Of a stretch of DNA of 64,000 bases, positions 37,340-47,990 are shown piece after piece; the first letter of the stretch is position 1, and the number at the start of each line of letters is the position of its first letter. A model generated the notes under the pieces. That model saw only the letters and a program-made list of their open reading frames with translations. It did no database searches and was not told the DNA's origin. The stretch covers positions 1,496,181 to 1,560,180 of the forward strand of contig NC_057739.1 in NCBI RefSeq assembly GCF_004010195.1, read 5' to 3'. Position numbers and translations under genes: made by a program. This stretch comes from Chiloscyllium plagiosum. Lineage: Eukaryota.

Positions 37340-39040
37340 TAACGATTCTCTTTCTTAGCTGTCTGCTTCCTCAACTGTCTGTGCTCTCACCTGGCCTCTT
37401 TCAGTTGTTCCACTCACATCATCTGTCACTTCCGCCTCCCATTGCCTGCCCTCTCTATAACCATTTGCCTCTTACACCAGTCTCTCTCTCACTGCCCTCA
37501 TCTATCCTCTCACCTGTCCATAGACACCACCTAGAATCATAGAATCCCGACAGTGTGGAAAAAGCATCCCATCCGGACCCACGCCCTATCCTGCATTTCC
37601 CATGTCTAATCCACCTGCCCTGAACATCCCTGGACACTACAAGTAATTTAGCACGGCCAATCCACCTAACCTGCACATTTTTGAATTGTCGGTGGAAACC
37701 AGAGCACCTGGAGGAAACCCACAGACACAGGAGAACGTGCAAACTCCACACAGTTACACCCCTGCCTGCCCACTCCAAAAAAAGGGTGGACTCAAACCCA
37801 GGTCCCTGGTGCTGTGAGGCAGCAGTGCTAACCACTGAGGCAATGTGCCACCCACTGTGCCATCTGCCTCCTTCCTCACCTGTTCCTCTAATCTATGTCC
37901 CTCCCACTCACCTACCATTCCTCTAACTTGTCTAATTCCTCATCTGTTCCCCTCTCTGTTCTGTCTCATCATCTGCCCTTGCCCCTCATTTGCATCCCAT
38001 CCCCGTAATCCTCCCATCCTCTGTCGATCCTTTATCAGTCTCCCTCACCTTGTCTCGTGCTCTCCCATCCTCTCATTTATCTCCTCCCTCATCTGTCTCT
38101 CTATCTCTTGTACACTTGCCCTCTTCTCACTTGACCCTTCCTCTCACCTGCTCCCAACAGCTCACCTTTGTACTTACAGTTTACAATTCGCTCCCATCTT
38201 TCCTGTCCCTGTAACTTACCTTTGCTCTCACTTCTCACCTCATGCAACCTCTCTTTCTATCTTCTGTCATTTACCTGTACTCTCATCTTACCTGCCCTAT
38301 CCCTCTATTGTTCCCTACCTTCAACTGTCCTGTCACCTCCAGTCTACCGCCACCTTTCCTTCCTCACCTGTCCACCCTCACCCGTCCACCCTCACCTGTC
38401 CCCTCCCATAATCATTCAGCTATCGCATCCTTTGACATGTCCTCTCCCTCTCAACAGTTTTCCTCCCCTTATCGGTCTCCTGCTTTCATTTCATGTCTCT
38501 TCATCTCACTTGTTCCCTCGTGTTATTTTCTCTTGTTCATTTCTCCCTCACCTGTTTTATTTTCTCCCTCTCTCTCACCTATCCTCCTGCTCTCCCCTGT
38601 TTCCATCTCCTTATTGGTCCTCTCCTCACCTTATTTGGCTCCTCCTCTCGCTATGGCCATTACTCCCATCTATTCTTTCCTGTCCCTTCCTCTATCTCAC
38701 TTGTCTCCTCCTTCACTTGCTGTACACCCATTACATGGCCTTGTCCCATTTCTCGCTTTTTCTCTTCCTCTCAACTGTTCCCCATCTCCAACTTGTTCTC
38801 TCCCTCACTTGTCTCCAGATCACTTACTCCCATCCTACAACATATCCCCTACCTTCATCTGTATCCTTCCTTACTTAAATCAACTCTCGCCACTTGCCCA
38901 TCACTCAACTGAATCCTCCCCACATGTATACACATTCTTTAACTTGTTCTCTCACCTTTCCTCTCCCTTCACCTGCTCTCTTTGTAACCTTTTGCCTCCT
39001 AAACATGTCGTTTTCTCTCTCTAATCTTTCTCCTCTCTAA
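37340..39040 (+). repeat. Long degenerate pyrimidine-rich low-complexity tract (interrupted by a SINE)
   Basis: Very G-poor on the plus strand, with recurring ctcacctgtcc/ctcacttgtc words. Confidence 0.8.
37535..37850 (-). mobile_element. HE1-type SINE
   Basis: Reverse complement has tcagtggttagcactgctgcctcacagcaccagggacctgggtttgagtcc, the SINE core and a CR1-type tail. Confidence 0.8.
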
Positions 39041-39044
39041 TGAT

Positions 39045-40205
39045 CTGGATGTGGAACTAAGGGCATTTTTGCAGTTGATGGAAAGGTCAGTGGAGTAGTG
39101 GATGGTGCTCAAGGATGTTGCAGGTTACAGAGAGACATAGATAAGTTGCAGAGCTGGGCTGAGAGATTGCAAATGGAGTTTAATGTGGAAAAGTGTGAGA
39201 TGATTCACTTTGAAAGGAACAACAGGAATACAGTGTACTAGGCTAATGGTAAGATTCTTGGTAATGTAGATGAGCAGAGAGATCTTGGTGTCCATTTGCA
39301 TAGATCCCTGAAACTTTCCCCAAGATCGATAAGGTTATTAAGAAGGCATATGGTGTATTAACTTTTATTGGTAGGGGGATTGAATTTCAGAGCCATGAGG
39401 TCATGTTGCAGCTGTACAAAATTCTGATGCGGCCGCACTTAAGAGTATTGTGTGCAGTTCTGGTCACCGCATTATAGGAAGGATGTGGAAGCTTTGGAAA
39501 TGGTTCAGAGAAGATTTACTAGGATGTTGCCTGATTTGGAGGGAAGGTCTTATAAGGAAAGGCTGAGGGGCTTGAGGCTGTTTTCGTTAGCGAGAAGGAG
39601 GTTGAGTAGTGACTTAATTGAGACATATAAGATAATTAGAGTGTTCGTAGGATGGACAGTGAGATCCTTTTTCCTCGGATGGTGATGGCTAGCATGAGGG
39701 AGCATAGCTTCAAATTGAGGGGTGATAGATATAGAGATGAGAGTGTGGTGCTGGAAAAGTGCAGCAAGTAAGGTAGCATGAGAATTGACGTTCCGAACAT
39801 AAACCCTTCATTAGGGATGAGGCTTGTGGACCAGGATCTGAGAGATAAATGGGAAGGGGGTGGGGTAAGGGGGAGAGCAGGTGAATCAACGTCTCAGGCA
39901 TGCTGCCTGACCTGCTGTGCTTTTCCAGCATCACACTCTCAACTCTGATCCAGCATCTGCAGTCCTCACTTTCTCCTAGGGTGATAGATATAGGACAGAT
40001 GTCAGAGGTAGTTTCTTTACTCAGGGAATAGTAGAGGGCATAGAATGTACTGCTGCAACAGTAGTAGACTCACCAACATTAAGGGCATTTAAATGGTCAT
40101 TGGATAAACATATGGATGAGAATGGAATAGTGTAGGTTAGATGGGCTTCAGATTGCTTCCACAGGTCAGCGCAACATCGAGGGCCGAAGGGCCTGTCTTG
40201 CATTC
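39045..40205 (+). mobile_element. CR1 RT C-terminus and 3' end
   Basis: ORF 39452..39685 (QFWSPHYRKDVEALEMVQRRFTRMLP). Confidence 0.85.
39735..39978. mobile_element. Penelope-derived short element with inverted ends (family A), older copy
   Basis: gagagtgtggtgctggaaaagtgcagca is inverted to tgctgtgcttttccagcatcacactctc. 15-bp TSD gggtgatagatatag at 39720-39734 and 39979-39993. Confidence 0.8.
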
Positions 40206-40401
40206 CATATTCATTGAGTGCATAAGTGCTGCCCTGATTTACCCTACCAAATTGCAGCATTTCACATTTATCCAGATTAAACAATATCTGCCACTCCTCT
40301 GTCTATCGGCCCATCTGATTCAAGTCCCATTGTACTCTGAGATAACCTTCTCCAATGTCAAATTTTGTTTAATCTACCAATTTACTAAACATACCTCTAT
40401 G

Positions 40402-40834
40402 CTGTGGTTCTGTTCGCCGAGCTGGAAGTTTTTGTTGCAAACGTTTCGTCCCCTGTCTAGGTGACATCCTCAGTGTTTGGAAGGTCAGTGGAGTAGTGGA
40501 TGGTGCTCAAGGATGTTGCAGGTTACAGAGAGACATAGATAAGTTGCAGAGCTGGGCTGAGAGATTGCAAATGGAGTTTGCTTCTGTGGTGTTTCCTCCG
40601 GCATTTATAGTGGCCTGTCCCTGCCGCTTCCGGTTGTCAGTTTCAGGTGTCCGCTGTAGTGGCCGGTATATTGGGACAGCTGAAACTGACAACCGGAAGC
40701 GGCAGGGACAGGCTCCCAAGCACTGAGGATGTCACCTAGACAGGGGACAAAACGTTTGCAACGAAAACTTCCAGCTCGGCGAACAGAACCACAGCAACGA
40801 GCACCCGAGCTACAAATCTTCTCACAAACTTTGA
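40402..40834. mobile_element. Palindromic Penelope-derived element (family B) with hammerhead core
   Basis: Arms about 40403-40480 / 40716-40792 plus an inner hairpin at 40614-40712. Imperfect TSD atacctctatg / atacctcctatg. Confidence 0.85.
40437..40477 (-). ncRNA. Putative minimal type I hammerhead ribozyme (PLE-associated), core intact
   Basis: Minus strand reads ACA-CUGAGGA-U-GUCACCU-AGAC-AGGGGAC-GAAAC-GUU-UGC. Confidence 0.5.
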
Positions 40835-43589
40835 ATACCTCCTATGTTCACATCCAAAACATTTATACAAATGACAGCAGTAGATCCAGCCCAAAAAGCA
40901 ACCCTCCTCCACCACCACCCTCTGACTTCTACATTCTGGCTAATTTTGTATCCAAATGCTTAGTTCTCCCTGTATTCCATGTGATCTAACCTTGCTAATC
41001 AGTCTACCATGCGGAACTTTATCACACAGCCTATTGAAGTCTCTATAGACAACGTCCTCCACCCTCTGCCTTCATCAATGCTCTTCGTCACTGCTTCAAA
41101 AACTCAATCCTTAAGTTAGTGAAACATTTCTCACACACAAAGCCATGTTGACTATTCCTAATCAGTTCTTGCCTTATATATATATGTAAGTCCTTATCCT
41201 CAGAATCCCCTCCAACAAACTGCCCACTGCTGATGTCAGGCTCACTGGTCTATACTTCCCTGGCTTTTCCTTACCACTTTTCTTAAATAATGGCACTATG
41301 TTAACCCAACTTCCATTCTTCCAGCACCTCACTGTCGCTATCAATGTTATAAATATCTCAGCAAGGGGCCCAGCTATCATTTACTTAGCTTTGCACAAAG
41401 TTTTGGGCTACACCTGATCCAGTCCAGGGAGTTATCCATTTAAAGACGTCCAACACCACCTCCTCTGTAATATGGACACTTTTCAAGCTATGTCAAAGTT
41501 CTCTAGCTTCTGTATCCTTCTCACAGTAAACACTGATGCAAAATACTTGTTTGGTATCTCACTCATCTCCTGTGATTTCACATATAGGCAGCCTTGCTGA
41601 TATGTGAGAGGTCTTGTACTCTTCCTTGAGTTATTCTTTTATCTTTAATGTACTTGTAGAAACCCTTTGGATTCTCCTTAACCCAATTTGCCAATGCTAT
41701 CTTGTCCCCTTTTTGCACTCCTGATTTCCCTCTTAAGTATGCTCCTACTGCCGTTATACTCCTCTAACGATTCACCCGATCCCTGCTGTCTACATCTGGC
41801 ATATACTTCCTTCCTTTACTTGAGCAAAATCTCAATTTCTCTAGTCACTCAACATTCTCTGCATCTACCACCCTTAATCCTTTGCCCTAACAGGGACATA
41901 CTGTTCCTGAACTTTTGTTATCTCATTCTTGAAGGCTTCTTTTCCAGCAGTCCCTTTTACCTATGAATATCCACCTTCAATCAATCTTTGAAAGTTCTCT
42001 GAATACTGTCAAAATCAGCATTCCTCCAATTTAGAATTCTGACTTTTAGATCAGGCCTATCCTTTTCCATAACTATTTTAAAATTAATGGAATATGATCA
42101 CTATTCCCAAAGTGCCTCAGTCACATTCCTTGCCTTATTTCCAATGAGTAGGTTAAGGTTTGCTCCTTCTCTAGTAGGTACATCCACATACTGAATAAAA
42201 AAAAATTGTACACACTTAAGGTATCGGATGGAGAAGTATTTCTTAACACTATGGCATTCCCTGTCTATGTGTGGTAAATTAAAATCCCTTCCATTACCAC
42301 CCTATTATTCTTACAGATAATTGACATCTCCTTACAAATTTACTTCTCAATTTTCTGCTGATATTTGGGGGGGGGGGGGGGGGAGAGAAGAGGTAGAACG
42401 GCGGTCCATAGTACAATGCCAATAAGGTGAGCATTCCTTTCTTATTTCTGAATTCCACCCAAATAACTTCACTGGATGTACTCCCTGGAATAATCACCTA
42501 AGTGAGAGGACAGAAAAGTGGATGAGAGGAAAGAAAAAGGTGGAAGGAGGGGACAGGTAGCTTAGTGGTTAACACTGCTGCCTCACAGCAGCAGGGACCT
42601 GGGTTCACTCCCAGCTAAGGGTGACTGTGTGGAATCACAGAATTCCTAAAGTATGGAAGCAGCCCAAATGGCCTGCCAAGTCCACACCACCCCTTCAAAA
42701 GGAGGTGATCAGGCAGGAGGAGAAGATAAGTTAGGAGAGTAGAACATGTGAGAGAAGGGAACAGGTAATGTGAAGACAGGGGACAGGTCCATAATTTAAG
42801 AATTCTGAAAGATGATCATAAGTGCATCCACTATCTTTATAGCACTCAGGTTTATAGCTAATCAGGTCCCAGGGATTTATTAACTTTCAGTCACATTGGC
42901 GTGTAATGGACTGAAATTTGTTATTAGTCTTTCCTTTTTAGGTTGCCAGAGAAGATTTTGCAGTCCATTTTTATGTTTCTTGATAGGTTATGTTCTTCTT
43001 ATTTCCTCCTTTCTTTATCAGTTTCTTGGTCTTCCTTTGCTGAATTCTAAAATACTCCCATTTCAGTCTACTTTTTTTTGGCAACTTTGTAAACATACAC
43101 CTTCCATCGAATTCAAACTTTAACACTCAATTCATTTATCCCATTGGGTTTTTGTGCCTAAAAGGAATATACTGTTTTTTTGTCTTAAACCATAGATTAA
43201 TTATTTAAATTCTAGCTATTGGCTGGCTACCATCATAATATTTCATGTGATTTCCAAATTCATCACACCCACCTTGCACTTTATCTCTTTATGGCTTCTT
43301 TTGTTCAGATTTATGACCATTAGATTGGACCACATTACCATTAAAAAATGATGTACAATTCAATCATAGTTTGATCACTTTTCTGGCAAGATTCTTTTAC
43401 AAAAAGGTTATAAATTAGCCCTTTCTCATCACATTACACTAGGTCTAAAATTATCTGTTTCCTAATTGATTCCTCACTTTAAAAATCATCTCATATACAT
43501 CCTGGATCTCTATTAATAAATTTAGATGTGTGCATACATAGCACAATTTCAAAATTTTCATGAGACAAAACTTGGAAGAATAGTTGCTT

Positions 43590-45100
43590 TTTGTCAAATG
43601 TATATGATTTGTCTGTGAATATAGGAGGTATGGTTAGTAAGTTTGTAGATGACACCAAAATAGGTGGTGTAATGGACAGTGAAGATGGTCACCTCAGAGT
43701 ACAGAAGGATGTGATCAGATGGGCCAAGGGGCTGAGGAATGGAGGATGGAGTTTAATTTCAATAAATGTTGCATTTTGATAAGGCAAGTCAGGGCAGGAC
43801 TTATACAGTTAATAGTAGGACCCTGGGGAGTGTGGAAGAACAAAGAGACCTAGGGGTTCAGGTGCAAAGTTCCTTGAGAGTCATAGGTAGACTGGACAGT
43901 GAAGATGTTGTTTGGCACACTTGCCATTATTGGTCAGAACACTGACTATAAGAGTTAGGAGGTCACTTTGGTGAGACCATTTTTCAGAACATTGCATACA
44001 ATTCTGTTTTTTTTAATTAGAAGGATGTTGTGAAACTTGCGAGGGTGCAGAAAAGATTTACAAGGATGTTGTTGGGACTGGAGGGTTTGATGGATAGGGA
44101 GAGGGTGAAAAGGCTGCAGCTATTTTCCCTGGAACATTGGAGGCTAAGGGGTAACCTTATCAAGGTTTATAAAATCAGTTTAGACTTATTTATTGCTACA
44201 TGTATTACAAAAACAGTAAAAAATGTTGTTTGGTGTCACCACTCTTTGGCACCTTCTTAAAACACAACAAAACAAAATAAAGCCAGAAAATACAACAATG
44301 CAAACACAACATCTTTACATTTTCTTCTTGTTTCAGGTTCTTGGGTCTTTGGATTGGGCACTGGATCTCAAACGATCATCGCCTCTGCCAGCGCTCCGCT
44401 GTCCCAGCTGAACCATGGGCCCGACTGAGCTCCTCCATTCTGATACCGAGACTGCCTTACCCAAGCCAGAGTGAGCAATGGGCCTCGGGGTAATCTTCGC
44501 CTCCATGCCGAGGTCACCAGCCCAAAGTAGTTGGCCAGCTCCAAGTCCTTGCCATTCATCTGCGACACCACCACTTCTTCTGTCACTTGGTGGGCCTGGT
44601 GCAGAACACATAGTGGGCCCACCAATATGCCACAACTGGAGTTGCTGTCACAAGTCTGGCATTACAACCAAGCTCATCAAAAGAAAGGAATAAAGGTAAG
44701 AGAAAAGGTTCAGAAAAGATAAGTAAAAGCGGACAGAAGAAAGCAGACGATGAGCCCAAACACTACCTTCTCAGCTGCCATCTTCGATATTATAATATCA
44801 TGAGGGGCATGAATACGGTAAATTGCCAGTCTTTTTCCTAGAGTGAGGACACTACAAAACTTGATGGATAGGTGTACACTGAGAGGGGAAAGGACATGAG
44901 GGTGGTGAGTGTATGGAGCAAGCAGACAAAGGTAGTAGTGGAGATGGGGACAATTACAACATTTAAAAGGCAGCTGGATGGGTAGATGAATAGGAAGGGT
45001 ATAGTCCAAAAGCTGGCAAACGGGACTCCGTCAGATCAGGATGTCTGGCTGCCATGGACAAGTTAGACCAAAGGGTCTGTTTCTATGGTGTAACGCTATG
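43590..45100 (+). mobile_element. CR1 RT and 3' end with nested insertion
   Basis: SKFVDDTKIGG (ORF 43591..43779) and RLRGNLIKVYKI (ORF 44030..44260). Confidence 0.8.
44178..44792 (-). mobile_element. Unclassified approximately 0.6-kb non-autonomous retroelement nested in CR1
   Basis: Interrupts the CR1 at ...ataaaatca|tgagggg. Minus strand begins AAGATGGCAGC and ends tacatgtagcaataaataagtctaaa. A related 3' end is at 25220-25400. Confidence 0.5.
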
Positions 45101-46439
45101 GTAGCTAAGAATCTGGAACTGTCATGAACTGATGCTTATGTACTACAACCACAGGAACTTGTGTGTGGGGGCTCAAGCTGAGCGCTTTAAATACACACTT
45201 GCCTCAATGTCTTAAAGGTAGACAGGAATTCAGTCAGATGTAGACAGTGCTTTATCCCATTAGGTAACATGCCATAATAGTGATGACCAGCATTTTACCA
45301 ATTTTAATTTTCTTCAGCTGAAGTCAATACTGTAGAAGGTGTTGGCATATTGATTGCAGTGCATAGACCCTGAGAGCAACAGTTAACACAGCTCAATGTT
45401 GGTGATGACATCTTGAGCATGTCCCTTAAAAAAGGTATATTGGACACTTAATTAGGTAAGAAAAAAAATGACTAAAAGAAATAACAGGAAAACCATGTGG
45501 AAACAGTTAAAGAAATAAAATTTAAAATTTAACAAACTAATTCAGCTAGAAAGAATCAACTATTGTTTACTGGAGAAATTAAAGATAATGTTAAATTCAA
45601 AGCAGAAGCTTATAAAACTGGGAAAAATAGTAAAATCAGCCTGAGAGTGAACAGCTTTAGAAACCAGCAAGACATGATGATAATGATATCAAGGGGAAAA
45701 ATAAGTGTGTGTAAGCTAAGCATAAATATAATGTTAGAAATTTAGCCATTATGCTTTTGTTGTACTGGTAAAAGTAATTGTTAGCCTTAGAAATCAGACA
45801 GGAGAAAATTACATGAGAAATTAGGAAATAGCAGAGACATTCAAAATTTTTGTTCCTGTTTTTTGCAATAAAAAAGACAATTACATACCAGAAATAAAGG
45901 GTAGTTAGTTAAGAGTGAGGAAAGGAAATTGTTCAATAACAAAAGTAGCATACTGGACAAAATCTAACTTTCTTCGCTGTCCACTACACCTCCAATTTTG
46001 GTGCCATCTGCAAACTTACCAACTGCACCTCTTACATTTATATCCAAATAGTTCATACAAAATGATAAAAAACAGTGGACCCAGCACCGATCCTTGTGGT
46101 GCACCACTGGTCACAGGCCTCCAGTTGGAAAAGCAATCCTCTACCTTCAAGCCAGTTCTGTATCCAAATGCTCTTAGATAAATCTGGCCATAACCAGATT
46201 ATCCACCTTCATACATTGCACTACATCCAACACAATATGGCCTGACTAAATGCCAAAATTTGTCCTTAAATGTATTTATAAAATCCCTTGGGCTTCTCCT
46301 GAACCCTATTTGCCAAAGCTATCTCATGTCCCCTTTTTGCTCTCCTGATTTCCCTCTTAAGTATACTCATACTGCCATTATAATCTAAAGGATTCACATG
46401 ATCTCTGCTGTCTATACCTGACATATGCTTCCTTATTGT

Positions 46440-47990
46440 GATGTTTGAACTTGCGTATCAACACAGCCTTGGGACATCTTTCCCTACAACTGCAGAAGGT
46501 ATAATACTTGCCTGTTTACTTCCTCCCTCTTTAGTATCCAAAGACCCAAACACACTTTCCAGTTGAAGCAGTGGTTTACCTGCACTTCACCCAATCTGGT
46601 CAACTGCTTTCGCTGTTCAATGTGCTCTCCTTGGAGAAATGAAGTATAGACTGAATGACTGCTTCACAGAACACCTGATGATTTCTATCCACCAAAAAGA
46701 CCCCAAGTCACCATGTTGTTCCCTGGCCAACATCTCTACCCTAGGCTTGCTGCACTGCTCCATTAAAGCTCAGCACAAGCTAGAAGAACAGCACCTCGTT
46801 GTTGTGGTTCTGTTCGTCAAGCTGGGAATGTGTGTTGCAGACGTTTCGTCCCCTGTCTAGGTGGCATCCTCAGTGCTTGGGAGCCTCCTGTGAAACGCTT
46901 CTGGGATGTTTCCTCCAGCATTTATAGTGATTTGTATCTGCCGCTTCTGGTTGTCAGTTCCAGCTGTCTGCTGCAGTGGCCGGTATATTGGGTCCAGGTC
47001 AATGCGCTTATTGATTGAATCTGTGGATGAGTGCCATGCCTCTAGGAATTCCCTGGCTGTTCTGTTTGGCTTGTCCTATAATAGTAGTGTTGTCCCAGTC
47101 GAACTCATGTTGCTTGTCATCTGAGTGTGAAGGGCTTTTGCCCGAAACGTCGATTTTGCCTGTCCTCGGATGCTGCCTGAATTGCTGTGCTCTTCCAGCA
47201 CCACTGATCCAGAATCTGAATGTGTGGCTACTAAGGATAGCTAGTCATGTCGTTTCATGGCTAGTTGGTGTTCATGGATGCGGATCGTTAGCTGTCTTCC
47301 TGTTTGTCCTATGTAGTGTTTTGTGCAGTCCTTGCATGGGAGTTTGTACACTACATTGGTTTTGCTCATGCTGGGTATTGGGTCCTTTGTCCTGGTGAGT
47401 TGGTGTCAGAGAGTGGCTGTTGGTTTGTGTGCTATGAGTCCTAGTGGTCACAGTAGTCTGGCTGTCATTTTCTGCTTAGGAACTGCCTTCTGGACTTAAA
47501 TTTCAAATTCAACAATTTTAGGGCTTTGAATTCATGTCCCATGTCCTAACCCCAACCCCCTCACACATCAGGCCTTGTTAGAATATAGAATATTACAGCA
47601 CAGTACAGCCCTTTGGCCCTCAATTGCACTGATCTATGAATCCAATCTGAAGCCCATCTGACTACGCTATTCCATTTTCATCCATGTTGATCCAATGACC
47701 ATTTAAATGCCTTAAAGTTGGCAAGTCTACTCCTATTGCAGGCAGGTCAGTGTCACATGGTCTGCTATTATTCACTACCCATTGTTAGCCACTAATAGTC
47801 CCCATTCATTCACCCCAGCTGACCATTATCCACTCCTAACCGTTCCTCACGCTGCTTGGGCTCTATCTCCATCTATGATTTACTCCTTACCTCCTCCCCC
47901 CACACTATCTTACACATAAAAGAAGAATTTTTTTCCCAGCTCCCAACAGTTTTGAAGAAAGGTCACTGGACTTGAAACATTAACTTCCTA
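46440..47990 (+). mobile_element. Penelope-like GIY-YIG/3' fragment containing two nested Penelope-derived pieces
   Basis: FTCTSPNLV..LGEMKYRLNDCFTEHL (GETKRRL..RF.EH-like) and a terminal tgaagaaaggtcactggacttgaaacattaac. Nested family B piece at about 46799-47470 and family A piece at 47130-47213 (TSD atctgagtgtg / atctgaatgtg). Confidence 0.7.
46837..46876 (-). ncRNA. Putative minimal type I hammerhead ribozyme (PLE-associated), core intact
   Basis: Minus strand reads GCA-CUGAGGA-U-GCCACCU-AGAC-AGGGGAC-GAAAC-GUC-UGC: conserved core, imperfect stem II, GUC triplet, 3-bp stem I (GCA/UGC). Confidence 0.55.

Larger units (their letters stand above)
40205..42500 (-). mobile_element. Decayed CR1 ORF2 (minus strand)
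   Basis: ORF 41174..41380 (VPLFKKSGKEKPGKYRPVSLTS) and ORF 42294..42497 (EVIWVEFRNKKG). Confidence 0.8.

Noticed and set aside
37845-39024. ORFs of 139-260 aa rich in L/S/P/F/C
   Set aside because: They arise from a pyrimidine tract that lacks stop codons, are open in all three frames and show no domain.
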